NCBI GenBank assembly: GCA_030605385.1
Contig: JAUWIL010000003.1
Span: 1 to 35,813, forward strand
DNA: 35,813 nucleotides
Reading direction: 5' to 3'
Source of the DNA: Methanobacteriota archaeon
Lineage (GTDB): Archaea > Halobacteriota > Syntropharchaeia > JAUWIL01
In this document: positions 1 to 10,118 of the stretch, in pieces
Position numbering within the stretch: position 1 is the first letter of the stretch
Layout: each line of letters starts with the position of its first letter
Made by a program: the position numbers and the translations under genes
Notes under the pieces: model-generated
Told to the model about the DNA's origin: nothing
Databases searched by the model: none
The model's input: the letters and a program-made list of their open reading frames with translations, nothing else

Positions 1-1
1 A

Positions 2-109
2 GAAGTAATGGAGGGAAAAGTCAAGAAGATTGGAAACGGCGGGATGATACTGTCATCAAAGAAATATATTGGAAGAAATGTTTACGTCCTGATTAGGAGA
101 CAGAAATAA
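2..109 (+). CDS. 3' end of a DUF2080-like (transposon-associated) small protein, probably truncated by the window start
   Basis: My translation: EVMEGKVKKIGNGGMILSSKKYIGRNVYVLIRRQK*, which resembles the K-V-x-x-x-GN-x-x-x-I-x-x-x-K-x-YIG-x-x-VYV pattern of DUF2080. Not in the ORF track. Confidence 0.6.
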   Translation, partial: EVMEGKVKKIGNGGMILSSKKYIGRNVYVLIRRQK

Positions 110-205
110 TTATGCAACACAGCAATAATTTAACCTGTTAGTGCAATTCAGCCTCATTTTCCCAGCCAATCCACACTCACTAGGTTTCTACACACTCGCT
201 CGATT

Positions 206-251
206 TCTATGGTGACCTCTATGGTAGTCTCTATGGTGACCTCTATGGTGA
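206..251. repeat. 12-bp tandem repeat TCTATGGTGACC, about 4 copies
   Basis: Units at 206, 218 (variant), 230 and 242 (partial). It explains the MVTSMVVSMVTS N-terminus in the ORF track. Confidence 0.9.
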
Positions 252-340
252 TAGCTATATATCATCACTTAACAAATCATTTAACAAATAATCACTTAGC
301 GAAGGGTAGCATTAAGGGCATTAAGGGTGGCACTAAAATC

Positions 341-673
341 GTGATAGAGATAAAGTCAGACAGTCTTGATGAGAGGATTATCAGGATATTGATGAACCAC
401 TCTCGCCCGGTAACCTTGTCTGAGCTGCAATCGGAGCTGGGTATTTCAGAGAGTCAGTTTGATAGGGCAGTAAGAAGGATATATCGCAGGGGCATAATAG
501 GATTCGATCCACTTCCTGACAGGACATACGTGAGACTCATGAGGACCGACATAATCTTTACTGGAAGGGGCATCACCCAGAAGAAGCCGCTGAAGAAGAA
601 AAAAGGCAGAACAAAAGGTGTTAAAGGCATTGAGAACGCAGGGGCGGACGAGCATGATATCATGTATGCATGA
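341..673 (+). CDS. Winged helix-turn-helix protein, putative transcriptional regulator
   Basis: LDERIIRILM...VTLSELQSELGISESQFDRAVRRIYRRGII is a wHTH pattern, followed by a Lys-rich tail. Start moved to the in-frame GTG at 341 because the upstream part of the ORF is repeat-derived. Confidence 0.75.
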   Translation: MIEIKSDSLDERIIRILMNHSRPVTLSELQSELGISESQFDRAVRRIYRRGIIGFDPLPDRTYVRLMRTDIIFTGRGITQKKPLKKKKGRTKGVKGIENAGADEHDIMYA

Positions 674-815
674 ATCGCATGTATGGTGCGGGAAAATGAA
701 ATCAGATGAACTACCATCCAAGTGAAATAGCATCAGCTAATCAAGGTCTATTAGAGATTGAGGTCCATCAAGGGTTGGTAGACTTTCCGATACCAACCTC
801 TGTGTGTAATCAATC

Positions 816-1052
816 TCAGCTCTTATTATCAACAGTCTCGAGCTTGAACATGGTATTGAGACCTTTAAGTGTGAGATGGACTTTATCGCTGAGATTCAGG
901 ATCGCCTCAACACTAACCTTTTTGCTGCCCCAGTTGTAAACAAAATCATAGTTCCCTTTCACAGTCTTAAAACCCAGGGATAGGAGTCGCGAGTTTACCT
1001 CGCTTGGTGCCGCACCATCGCTGTTAAACCATACAACAAGATACGTTTTCAC
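816..1052 (-). CDS. Small hypothetical protein (78 aa)
   Basis: GTG start preceded by a GAGGTGG ribosome-binding site on the minus strand; normal globular composition. Confidence 0.75.
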   Translation of the reverse strand: MKTYLVVWFNSDGAAPSEVNSRLLSLGFKTVKGNYDFVYNWGSKKVSVEAILNLSDKVHLTLKGLNTMFKLETVDNKS

Positions 1053-1162
1053 CTTACCACCTCATTACGCTCCATTACTTTCACCTTACCACCTCATTAC
1101 GCTCCATTATGGATAGCCCCATTATGGATAGCCCCATTATGGATAGCCCCATTATGGATAGC
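1047..1162. repeat. 32-bp direct duplication containing an RBS and start codon, followed by a 15-bp tandem repeat CCATTATGGATAGCC x~4
   Basis: TTTCACCTTACCACCTCATTACGCTCCATTA at 1047 and 1079; 15-mers at 1104, 1119, 1134 and 1149. Confidence 0.92.
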
Positions 1163-1245
1163 ATATAATATTTCTATCTCTGTTGTTCTATAAGTGTATC
1201 CATGGGGAACGGAATCTCATCCACCAAATCAATGAACTTTCGCAA

Positions 1246-2637
1246 TCATTCCTCGTCCTTCTTCCACAATCCAAGCACATGCCATAGCATGAAAAGGATA
1301 ATCTCTCCCATGATAAGCACTCCCATAACAAGTGCGAAGTTAAAATCCCCACCCTGAGAATAGCCAATGAGTGGGATACTAACGACCAGCAGGACAGGTA
1401 TCAGGAGCATCAGGCACAGACTCATTCCATAGATATAATGCTCCATAGCGGGAGATTCATAATTGGGGTCGATTACACGGCACAGCGACAATCCAGAGCT
1501 CATCGTTCCTGTTAGAGTTCCATAGCAAAGCACAGTCCTTTCCAGATGAGAATCTCTCCATACGTGCTTTGGTAGCAGTACGAATGCCAGCACGGTGGCA
1601 GCTCCGCCAGCGAGGGCGATAACGGCGATTGGTACGGCATACTTTGACACTGCGACTATTGGTATGGCTGCGAGCGATGCCACCACAAGATAGTCAACGC
1701 ATAGACCTGAAATTCTTGTTTGGATTCCAGAGTCTATCATTCTATCGAGCCCCAGGGGGTCAAGGATGAGGCTCCGTACGAGCATACCCACCACAACGAC
1801 TATTATGAACATGAAGCCCCAGAGTCCATCTGCGACTGCACCCATGCCTGCATATGACATGAGCTTTGTGCCGCCCAGCACTACAAGATACCCGCAGAGG
1901 TATACGATAAGACATAATGCCACCTGCAGGCTTAAGGTATCGATCGCCTCGGGGGAGGTTACAAGCCGACCGGCGGAAACTCTCCGCTCGTCATCGCTTA
2001 TTATACCGGTCCATATGTCGTCGTGGATCTCATCGTGACTGCCGATAAACTCAGCCTTATTGCGGCGCAGCCCCACGTTGATCATGATAATTCCCACGAG
2101 GAATGCCCACAGAAAACCTACCGCACCGAAGGCAAGCCCCACGCCGCTGCCGTCTATGAATCCAAGTGGTTCCCATGCCAGACCTATCGAGTATGCCTGT
2201 CCAGGTCCGCATGCATACCCCATCATCATCAGGGTGCCAAATGTGGGGAACATATCAGGGTACCATGTGTTGATGAAGAATATGGTGAGAACCGTTCCGA
2301 CAATGAGCTGCAGAATGGTGACGAAAGTCATCATTATGCCGGTGCTGATGGCTCCACCCCTAACCTCTTTATGCGCGTGGCGCTTCACGTTTCCAAGTGC
2401 AAGGGCTGCGAAGGTGATGTTGAGAAGATGGTAGATATAGCCGCCCATGTTGTCGGATAACGCTATTATGCCCATGTATTTGTTGCAGAGAATGAATCCA
2501 ATAGCCCCTCCAAGCACTGCGTTGGGTATTAGAAGTCTCTGCACGAATCTGACTCTTGCGCGTATTGCTGTGGCTGTCAGGAGAAAAATGCTGAGGTATA
2601 TAAAATCAAATACTATGCTCCACCCTATACCATCCAT
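1246..2637 (-). CDS. Sodium/glutamate symporter family (GltS/ESS-like) membrane transporter
   Basis: 463 aa with about 12 hydrophobic segments; LLIPNAVLGG, GYACGPGQA and YGTLTGTMSSGLSLCRVIDP correspond to GltS-family motifs. Confidence 0.8.
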   Translation of the reverse strand: MDGIGWSIVFDFIYLSIFLLTATAIRARVRFVQRLLIPNAVLGGAIGFILCNKYMGIIALSDNMGGYIYHLLNITFAALALGNVKRHAHKEVRGGAISTGIMMTFVTILQLIVGTVLTIFFINTWYPDMFPTFGTLMMMGYACGPGQAYSIGLAWEPLGFIDGSGVGLAFGAVGFLWAFLVGIIMINVGLRRNKAEFIGSHDEIHDDIWTGIISDDERRVSAGRLVTSPEAIDTLSLQVALCLIVYLCGYLVVLGGTKLMSYAGMGAVADGLWGFMFIIVVVVGMLVRSLILDPLGLDRMIDSGIQTRISGLCVDYLVVASLAAIPIVAVSKYAVPIAVIALAGGAATVLAFVLLPKHVWRDSHLERTVLCYGTLTGTMSSGLSLCRVIDPNYESPAMEHYIYGMSLCLMLLIPVLLVVSIPLIGYSQGGDFNFALVMGVLIMGEIILFMLWHVLGLWKKDEE

Positions 2638-3175
2638 ATGCTCAGAACCTGCGCTTCATTATATTTCTGCTCTTTTATGAACTGATTTATGAGTTGTTTG
2701 ATAATGGGTTGCTTGATAATATTACGCAAGGCTTTGTTGCGCAAGACTTATGAATTGCTTGGCAATTGCACAATTTTGTCAATAATTATTAATATCAGAG
2801 AACATCAGAGGGTGCGGCAAAGGGTATGTCTGTTTGCCTCTTAAGAAACTTTCGTTACCCAAATATACAATTTTCATGTACTATTTTGTACTGAAAGGAT
2901 ACTAAATGTTACATTTGGATGATAATTAATGCACGGAATAATACACAGCCTGCACAGCCATATGAAGATATAAAAACCAACCACCCACCACCCACCACAA
3001 ACCCATCTATCATCCCTACCACATGGTGCTGTGGTGCTGGATTTGGAAGTGTGTGGGACCACACCCAATCGGATGCACCTGCCTGTTGACAGATAATCCT
3101 TCACGCGGTGGTAGCCGCAGATAGAACCCCGTCACGACAATTCTTTTATAAGCGAAGCTATATATAAAGCGAAAT

Positions 3176-3622
3176 ATGGCTGATAAAAAAGTTGACAACC
3201 AAATCATGATAAAGAAGGTCATGGACCTTCTCAAGGACAAGGACAAGACGATACAGGCGATATATGAACAGATGGAAGAGCAGCTTGGAGAAGTACCGCT
3301 CGTCTCGCAGGTAATGTCCCGACGACCCGAGCAGTTCATACCGCATTCGATATACAGCTTTTTCACACTCAAAATGCCCAAGTCACTGAATGCAAAAACC
3401 GCAGAGTTGATAGCAATATCAGCGGCTGCTGCTGCGGGAAGCGAGCACTGTCTGCAGACGCATATAAACGCTGCACTGATTGCAGGCGCAAAAATGGACG
3501 AGATCTACGAAGCCATAATGATAAGCGCGCTAATGTCGCAGACGGCGGTATTGTCCAAGGCATTCAGAAAGCTTCTTGAAATGGAAGAGAGGCAGAGCAG
3601 CCGAGAGGAAAGAGAGCATTAA
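3176..3622 (+). CDS. Carboxymuconolactone decarboxylase / AhpD-like family protein
   Basis: SLNAKTAELIAISAAAAAGSEHCLQTHINAALIAGAKMDEIYEAI is the CMD-family core; the CxxC is reduced to SxxC. Confidence 0.85.
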   Translation: MADKKVDNQIMIKKVMDLLKDKDKTIQAIYEQMEEQLGEVPLVSQVMSRRPEQFIPHSIYSFFTLKMPKSLNAKTAELIAISAAAAAGSEHCLQTHINAALIAGAKMDEIYEAIMISALMSQTAVLSKAFRKLLEMEERQSSREEREH

Positions 3623-3692
3623 CAAGTCATACCATTTTGCTGTTCGGGTCCAACCGGGTTCAATACCATAAACTCTCGAGGAGAAAATACCC

Positions 3693-4943
3693 TTGGAACG
3701 CTATGACGTGATAATAGTGGGATCCGGGCCGGCAGGAACGTCAACAGCATTGAACATCAGAGCACTCGCTCCTGAGATATCTGACAGAACGCTTGTACTT
3801 GAGAAGGCATCACATCCAAGGGAGAGGGTATGTGCAGGTGCTGTAAGGGCAGGTGCAGTCAGCACGCTGGAAAGGCTCGGAATCAAACTCAGCATACCAT
3901 TCAGACAGGTCAACAGGATTAGGATAAGGTACGGGGCAGACATCCTCGACTTATGTGAGAATGATATCGGAAGGGTTGTTCGCAGGAGCGAATTTGATAC
4001 ACATCTTGCTGGAGAGGCACAGCGCGGGGGAGTGGAGCTGCATGAGAATGAAGTTCTTACGGGCATGGAGAGAAAAGATGGCGGGATGATTGTAAGCACT
4101 GCTCTGGGAACATATTGGTCAAGGGTGGTTGTAGGTGCTGACGGCACTCCAAGTCGTGTGAGAAAGCTCGCAGGCATAAGGGACCGGATGGTTGCAGCCA
4201 CAAACTACATGGTTGAGGTGCCTGCGGAGATGATATCCCCGGACTATTATGGGGAAAGTGCGGACATGCTCACTTTTGATTTTTCTCTCACTCAGAGGTG
4301 TCTGAGCGGATATATCTGGGAATTTCCATGCATTATAGACGGCAGGGATTACGTAAGCATCGGTCTATTCAATAATAACCTATTCAATACAGGCCCACCT
4401 TCATACAGGCGGAATCTCAGGCAGATTCTAATGAAGCAACTCAAGAGCAGAGGTCTGAATCCAGATGACTGCAGTGTCAAGTCGCACCCAACCCGTATGT
4501 TCCAGAAGTCAAACATCGTTTCGGCGCCGGGCGTGTTACTGGTCGGAGATGCTGCGGGCGTTGACAGTTTTGCCGGAGAAGGCATATATCATGCTATAAA
4601 GTATGGTCAACTAGCAGCGCACGAGGTTGTGAGAGCGTTCAGGACCGGGGACCTTTCATTCAGCCATTACATCAGATCGATATTGAATTCTGACTTTGGC
4701 GGTGAAATAGTTAGATTCGGAAGGGTTGCAAGAGCGCTCTATGGCAGCAGTATAAAGTTCAATTTCATACTGTCGCTTTTGTGGAACAGCCCCGACATCC
4801 AGCGCATGATGATACAGAATTACAAGGGTACTTACAAGATTAGAGGACACGTTATGAAAGTTGGATGGAAGATGGCGCACCACCTCATATTTGGGGATAA
4901 GGGAGTACCAATCAGGGGACCAATCGGAAAAGTACATGGATAG
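3693..4943 (+). CDS. Geranylgeranyl reductase family FAD-dependent oxidoreductase
   Basis: DVIIVGSGPAG Rossmann motif, CAGAV, RSEFDTHL, VVGADG, and LLVGDAAG..DSFAGEGI. Confidence 0.85.
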   Translation: MERYDVIIVGSGPAGTSTALNIRALAPEISDRTLVLEKASHPRERVCAGAVRAGAVSTLERLGIKLSIPFRQVNRIRIRYGADILDLCENDIGRVVRRSEFDTHLAGEAQRGGVELHENEVLTGMERKDGGMIVSTALGTYWSRVVVGADGTPSRVRKLAGIRDRMVAATNYMVEVPAEMISPDYYGESADMLTFDFSLTQRCLSGYIWEFPCIIDGRDYVSIGLFNNNLFNTGPPSYRRNLRQILMKQLKSRGLNPDDCSVKSHPTRMFQKSNIVSAPGVLLVGDAAGVDSFAGEGIYHAIKYGQLAAHEVVRAFRTGDLSFSHYIRSILNSDFGGEIVRFGRVARALYGSSIKFNFILSLLWNSPDIQRMMIQNYKGTYKIRGHVMKVGWKMAHHLIFGDKGVPIRGPIGKVHG

Positions 4944-4975
4944 GAGTTATTGATAGGAGTTATTGATAGGAGTTA
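4939..4975. repeat. 13-bp tandem repeat GATAGGAGTTATT x~3, overlapping the stop codon
   Basis: Units at 4939, 4952 and 4965 (partial). Confidence 0.85.
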
Positions 4976-5076
4976 AATCACAGCCTGTACTTGTGAATAT
5001 TGTTCTCCCTGAAACGGCTCTAATTAAAGCCTCTGCTTAAAGCTGTTTTTATTCAACTCCCACCCCCCGGTATAAA

Positions 5077-5829
5077 TCACATAAGCACAATTTTCATGGC
5101 GGTGAATAGTACGTCTCCGCACGTTACTGCGAGGAGGAATCCTGCTGTTATGGACATCATGAACGGCATTATTGGTGTGACCCATACCATGGCATCATCG
5201 CCTGCTGCGCTTCTCAGGTTATTGAGCACTTCATCATCAATTTCAATTCCTCTTAGTTTTAAGGCTCGTGTGAAACCTCCGTTGTTCGGCTCGTAGGTCT
5301 CTATCAGTTTGAGATTTTTACCTCCTACATCTTTTACATGTGCCTTGTAGCCAATGGCTATCAGCGGCAGACTCCTTCTCACCTCACCGTAGTCAAGTTT
5401 TGCAAGGTTATAAGCGATGAACGAGATTGGCGCAATCAAGGTAATCACGGCAGCATTGGCTAACACACTGAACGGAAACGGGTTGGCACCTGGAATGCCA
5501 AGGAGGGGCAGATAATAGCCTCCAGCGTATAACTCCGGAAACATCGGAAGCACGACAGAGATGGCTATAATCGATTTCGCATCTGCCCCACCAAATGCCC
5601 TGATTCTGAAAAGCAGGTACACTACGGCATATATGAAGGCGGTAGCCAGCACAAGGCGCAGCAGGAACATATAATCGCCTCTAAGCAGCTCGTATAACGC
5701 GAGCGCAGCGCCGACGACAATCATTACGAGCCACACTCTGTTGGAGACGCGCCTGGTGCGCAGGTCAGTGTAACATGCATATGCAAGGAACGGCAGGCAT
5801 ACCAGCACTCGAAGGATTTCCAGCTCCAT
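5077..5829 (-). CDS. Prepilin/prearchaellin peptidase (A24, FlaK/PibD type)
   Basis: YTDLRTRRVSNRVW (first Asp), FGGADAK (GxGD-like second Asp) and C-terminal VWVTPIMPFM. Start set at ATG 5829 (MELEIL). Confidence 0.9.
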   Translation of the reverse strand: MELEILRVLVCLPFLAYACYTDLRTRRVSNRVWLVMIVVGAALALYELLRGDYMFLLRLVLATAFIYAVVYLLFRIRAFGGADAKSIIAISVVLPMFPELYAGGYYLPLLGIPGANPFPFSVLANAAVITLIAPISFIAYNLAKLDYGEVRRSLPLIAIGYKAHVKDVGGKNLKLIETYEPNNGGFTRALKLRGIEIDDEVLNNLRSAAGDDAMVWVTPIMPFMMSITAGFLLAVTCGDVLFTAMKIVLM

Positions 5830-6108
5830 ATGTCTCACGCAAATATTCGATTTTGGATTACGCTCGGGACTCAAGTAATAAAGGGACTCAAGTAGTAAAG
5901 CACTGCAACAGGATATAATATTAGTGTCTTGGTAGCATGTCTGCAAACATCTTGGATTGTAGCTAAGCCAGCAGGTTGTAGCTAAGCCAGTCGTATATAA
6001 ACTGCCCACAAGAATACCCATGAGCTGTGCTGTTAACACTCTCAAAACCATTAAATAGTATCATGCGCAACCACGTCATGAACGGTTCGACGGAATTGGT
6101 GTTGCTTT

Positions 6109-6882
6109 TTGGATGAGACCATAATATCGAAAGCCATCATTGAAACCTGCATGAGGGAGCTGATGGACTACCTTGTGGTTGATGTGGCGATAGTCGGCGC
6201 TGGCCCTTCGGGCATGACTGCCGCGTGTTACCTTGCGGAAGATGACTTCAAAGTCGCGGTATTCGAGAGAAAGATGAGCGTTGGCGGCGGCATGTGGGGC
6301 GGCGGCATGATGTTCCCCAGGATAGTGGTTCAGGATGAGGGCAAGGAGATACTGGATAAATTCGGAATCAGGTCGGACAAGTATGAGGCGGGATACTGGA
6401 CTGCGGATTCGATAGAATCGGTATCGACTATTTGCTCGAAGACGGTTAAGGCGGGCGCCAGAATATTCAATTTGATATCTGTGGAAGATGTCATGATACG
6501 TGAGAAAGGTGTCGTAGAGGGGCTTGTGCTTAACTGGAGTGCGGTGGAGATGGCAAAACTGCATGTGGACCCTCTAACCATCAAGGCTGACATGGTGATT
6601 GACGCGACAGGGCATGACTGTGAGGTCGTAAATGTCCTGCTTAGGAAGATGGGCAATGTGCTCAACACCCCAACAGGCGGAATAATGGGTGAGAAGCCGA
6701 TGTGGGCAGAAGCGGCGGAAGAGAGTGTGGTAAATAACACGGTTGAAGTCTATCCGGGTCTGGTTGTTGCCGGTATGTCAGCGAACGCTGTTATGGGATC
6801 GCCGCGTATGGGGCCCATATTTGGAGGGATGCTGCTTTCAGGCAGGGCGGCTGCAAAACTCATTGCTGGCAAGCTCGGGTAA
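6109..6882 (+). CDS. thi4: Sulfide-dependent adenosine diphosphate thiazole synthase
   Basis: [24 protein letters not shown] (His-type active site), DATGH and [10 protein letters not shown]. Confidence 0.95.
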   Translation: MDETIISKAIIETCMRELMDYLVVDVAIVGAGPSGMTAACYLAEDDFKVAVFERKMSVGGGMWGGGMMFPRIVVQDEGKEILDKFGIRSDKYEAGYWTADSIESVSTICSKTVKAGARIFNLISVEDVMIREKGVVEGLVLNWSAVEMAKLHVDPLTIKADMVIDATGHDCEVVNVLLRKMGNVLNTPTGGIMGEKPMWAEAAEESVVNNTVEVYPGLVVAGMSANAVMGSPRMGPIFGGMLLSGRAAAKLIAGKLG

Positions 6883-7076
6883 TGGATTTTACCGCAATGG
6901 CGTTTAGCGCCAATTTGCTAATTTCCGAAACCACCCCTTCAACACAAGGCAAAGCAACACGAACTCCACGGTCATTCCATCATTATTTTACCTGAACCGA
7001 TTATAACTGATTATCTACATGAACTGCAAAGAATCATCATGCTTTAGATTTATTTGTAAAGGGGTTAGTGTGATTT

Positions 7077-8036
7077 ATGATGAAGTTATCTGGCATCCTT
7101 TTGTTATCCCTTTTAATCCTGTGCGGCTGCACCGGCTTAATCGCATCCTGTCATACTGCATCCGATACAGAGTCTGCGGGCATCCTGCGAATACAAGGTA
7201 TTTGCAGGGCATGTGGAAGTATCTCTGAATGCAAAGCATTCAGATATCTCGCGGAAGCTTCGCACTTATGGAATCCCGGGCCAATTCAGATTGCATTTGC
7301 GCAGAATACAACAGCATACGGAAACACCACAAATGAATCAAACGCGCAGGATAACACTACACAGAACGCTGCACAGATGCCTGCAAACATAAACGAATCT
7401 CAGAATGTTAGCACTTTTGATAACACATCCTCCATCTCGGACGATAATACAACGATTGACGCTAATACAACGATCGATATTAACGTTAGTGATAACGCCA
7501 CATCTTACGCATCTCCTACAGAGGCAGTGCCTACGCATTCTCCAACAATACTGCCTACTGCGAAAATAACTTATAAACAGGAGCCGAATTTCTCGGAACT
7601 TTATGGAGACTTCATCGAGCAGATGAAAAAAGATGCTAACACCGGCATTATGAGGGGAGTAGCGGCAGTCATATGCATCGTCATCACGGCATTAACTCTG
7701 CCGGCTTTGCTATTTCCCGAGAAGTGGCGCGACATATTATGGGTAGCCCTGGAGGACGCAAAGACATATCGAAGAATCGGGATGATATTTCTGATTGTTG
7801 GTTTGGATTTAATCATCTACACGATGAGGTTAATGCCTGCCGTAATCGTAATAGCTATAACTACTGGCTTTGTCTCACTGATGATGGCGATGCTGTTCCT
7901 GAATCCATATACCTTCAGGCAGCTCATAGCAGGATGGATAGAAGACCCGGTGGCTAAACACAGGAGAGCAGTATCTTTTGTAATATCTGCAATCAGTGCA
8001 CTGACTCTTATTTTGATTCTTGCGGGAGTTATATGA
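7077..8036 (+). CDS. Membrane protein with signal peptide, Asn/Thr-rich extracellular stalk and C-terminal TM helices
   Basis: Hydrophobic N-terminus ending LILCGC, about 12 N-x-S/T sequons, and four hydrophobic segments near the C-terminus. Confidence 0.75.
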   Translation: MMKLSGILLLSLLILCGCTGLIASCHTASDTESAGILRIQGICRACGSISECKAFRYLAEASHLWNPGPIQIAFAQNTTAYGNTTNESNAQDNTTQNAAQMPANINESQNVSTFDNTSSISDDNTTIDANTTIDINVSDNATSYASPTEAVPTHSPTILPTAKITYKQEPNFSELYGDFIEQMKKDANTGIMRGVAAVICIVITALTLPALLFPEKWRDILWVALEDAKTYRRIGMIFLIVGLDLIIYTMRLMPAVIVIAITTGFVSLMMAMLFLNPYTFRQLIAGWIEDPVAKHRRAVSFVISAISALTLILILAGVI

Positions 8037-8130
8037 CGGCACTTTATTAGCATTTAACAGAGGGCATTTGACAGGATCAATAAGATTAATTTGACAGGGC
8101 CATAAAATCAGGTTGAGTCAGGAAGCCATA

Positions 8131-8185
8131 CCCACACCTATACCCATACCTATGCCCACACCTATACCCATACCTATGCCCACAC
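8131..8185. repeat. 24-bp tandem repeat CCCACACCTATACCCATACCTATG x2.3
   Basis: Units at 8131, 8155 and 8179 (partial); internal 12-bp substructure. Confidence 0.88.
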
Positions 8186-8188
8186 TAT

Positions 8189-8413
8189 TTATCCGCCAGA
8201 TACAACCCTGAGTATTTTGACATTCCCTGGCATCACCTCATCGTCCACAGGTCTTGGCATGTCATTCTGGAAGACCAGCACCATTTCAGGATTTATCTTG
8301 AGGGATTTGAGAAGCTCTTCGTAGGTTGTATGCTCAGATAGGGTGAGCACCCGCTCCTCTTTTGCACCCATAATTATTGTAACTGTTACGTTAACGCTCA
8401 TATACCCATCCAT
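8189..8413 (-). CDS. MoaD/ThiS/SAMP family ubiquitin-like small protein
   Basis: About 70 aa beta-grasp pattern ending VKILRVVSGG (C-terminal di-glycine). The true start may be the second Met. Confidence 0.9.
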   Translation of the reverse strand: MDGYMSVNVTVTIIMGAKEERVLTLSEHTTYEELLKSLKINPEMVLVFQNDMPRPVDDEVMPGNVKILRVVSGG

Positions 8414-8507
8414 TCATCCACAAACACCAGGGCAGCCCGGCATTGAATTAACCCCTGCCAGACCAATCCATCGTTTTTTCCAATAGATGTCAATCTACGA
8501 TATTAAT

Positions 8508-9095
8508 CTATGCTGTGGTTGTGTACTGGCTTTTATACGCATCCACTCTCTGCAGACTCCATTCTGCATCGTCCATCTCTCCGCGCGACTTCCAGTATTC
8601 AGCATTTTTCTTCCAGGCATCTATCGGCTTCTCGTAGTCGGAACAATCTTTGCCAGCAATTGACATAACCTCTGCCGCGTGTTCATATGCATCTGCAGAA
8701 AGGAAGAAGTTCCCGTTTTCATCAAAGAATTTGCCGAGCCCCTCATAGCATCTTGCAGATGAATCACCATCTTCTGCATTCTCATACATCTGGGATGCCA
8801 GACTGGACAGCATAAAGAGCATTGAATCATTCTTGATTTTCTTCGCAATGCTGGATGCAGCAACATAATATTTTGCAGCTTCCACATAGTTCTGAATCTT
8901 CTCGTAATTTCTTGCGACATTAAGGTGCCCGTAGATGCTTAGAAGATGGCTCCCTTTTTCCTCCTTAACTACAGCATATTGCTTCCAGGATTCGATTGCG
9001 CTGGTGTAATCCCCCGTTCTATCACTCTCTCTCGCGTTGCGCTCAAGAGATCTGGCATATGTATATGCATCAGTATTATCATTCATATCGCTCAT
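8508..9095 (-). CDS. TPR / alpha-SNAP-like helical repeat protein
   Basis: Repeated A-x-x-Y-x-x-A helices: EAAKYYVAAS, LASQMYENA, SARCYEGLG, SADAYEHAAE. Confidence 0.7.
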   Translation of the reverse strand: MSDMNDNTDAYTYARSLERNARESDRTGDYTSAIESWKQYAVVKEEKGSHLLSIYGHLNVARNYEKIQNYVEAAKYYVAASSIAKKIKNDSMLFMLSSLASQMYENAEDGDSSARCYEGLGKFFDENGNFFLSADAYEHAAEVMSIAGKDCSDYEKPIDAWKKNAEYWKSRGEMDDAEWSLQRVDAYKSQYTTTA

Positions 9096-9292
9096 GTTAT
9101 CAGCACTCCATTGGGTATATAACCTGAATTGGCATCAATTCGCATCCAATTAGTATCATATTTGTTAATATATTCTATTTTATTCATACTTATTAATACT
9201 TTTTATTTTATTATGACTACCATCTATTGCTAAGAGGCATATTGCTGTGATTAGAAAAAGCGAAAAGAATAGGGCAGAATCCGGATGGACGA

Positions 9293-9985
9293 CTACATGA
9301 TGGTTATATCTCCTTTGTGTACGGCAGTGCCGATCAGGGCGCCGCTGACTCCCATCTCTTCAAGCATCCCTAGGTCATCTTCGTTTCTAATTCCACCGCC
9401 GATTATCATGCTCTGCCCTGATATGCCGGTAACGTTCCTTATCAACTGCTCGTTTACACCAAGGGAGGTGCCAATACGATCCATTTCGAGGATTATAACA
9501 TCTTTTAACTGCCATCCCTTCATTGCTCTTATCAGGTCAGCAGGGGTTGGAGGTTCACCGCGGTATTCTGGCATCAGTACCCTGCCGTTTTTAATATCCA
9601 CACTTACAGCTACCACATTCTCATGGATAACCATCTCTATGAGGTGCAGGGGCATGGTCTCTGTACCTACCACGACAACATCGGACATGCCGCTTGCCGT
9701 CTCCATGTCATCTATGCTCTTTACACCATAGTCCAGCATAGTATTCCATCTGCTGCTGATCTCCTGGATGAGATCCCTGTTATCACCTTTGCCCATGATA
9801 TGGTCGAGGTCAGCGATATACACCTCTTTTGGCTTTAGCGCGTCAAGTATCTCGAGTGCATCCGAGGTGCCGACCACTTTGCTCATATGGTGCACGGGCC
9901 GGTATTTACTGCGTTCGCCCCTTACCGCGTGAACCACGACGCCGTCGAGCAGGTCCAGCACCAGTATGCGTCTTATTCGGCTCAT
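9293..9985 (-). CDS. HisA/HisF-related TIM-barrel protein (type associated with methanogen C1-cofactor genes)
   Basis: ILVLDLLDGVVVHAVRGERSKYRP, VYIADLD, VVVGTET, IGT..G and IIGGGIR. Start set at ATG 9985. Confidence 0.88.
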   Translation of the reverse strand: MSRIRRILVLDLLDGVVVHAVRGERSKYRPVHHMSKVVGTSDALEILDALKPKEVYIADLDHIMGKGDNRDLIQEISSRWNTMLDYGVKSIDDMETASGMSDVVVVGTETMPLHLIEMVIHENVVAVSVDIKNGRVLMPEYRGEPPTPADLIRAMKGWQLKDVIILEMDRIGTSLGVNEQLIRNVTGISGQSMIIGGGIRNEDDLGMLEEMGVSGALIGTAVHKGDITIM

Positions 9986-10118
9986 ATCAATACATACATA
10001 TATGAGTCCGCTCTTAAAATGAGTTGTTTTATCCCCCACAGTCTCAATCAAACATCATCGAGTAACATCATCGAATATTGACCATCATATGCGCTCATAA
10101 CTTATTAGAGTTGATTTA

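Noticed and set aside
2640-3175. ncRNA, tRNA or riboswitch in the long intergenic region
   Set aside because: No cloverleaf, T-loop or recognisable riboswitch consensus seen; an Rfam/Infernal scan would be needed to exclude one.
5830-6051. N-terminal extension of the prepilin peptidase
   Set aside because: It covers the divergent promoter region shared with thi4; the first catalytic Asp fits a start at 5829.
6109-6882. His instead of Cys in the Thi4 active site as a novelty
   Set aside because: This is the established sulfide-using, non-suicidal Thi4 type of methanogens and thermophiles.
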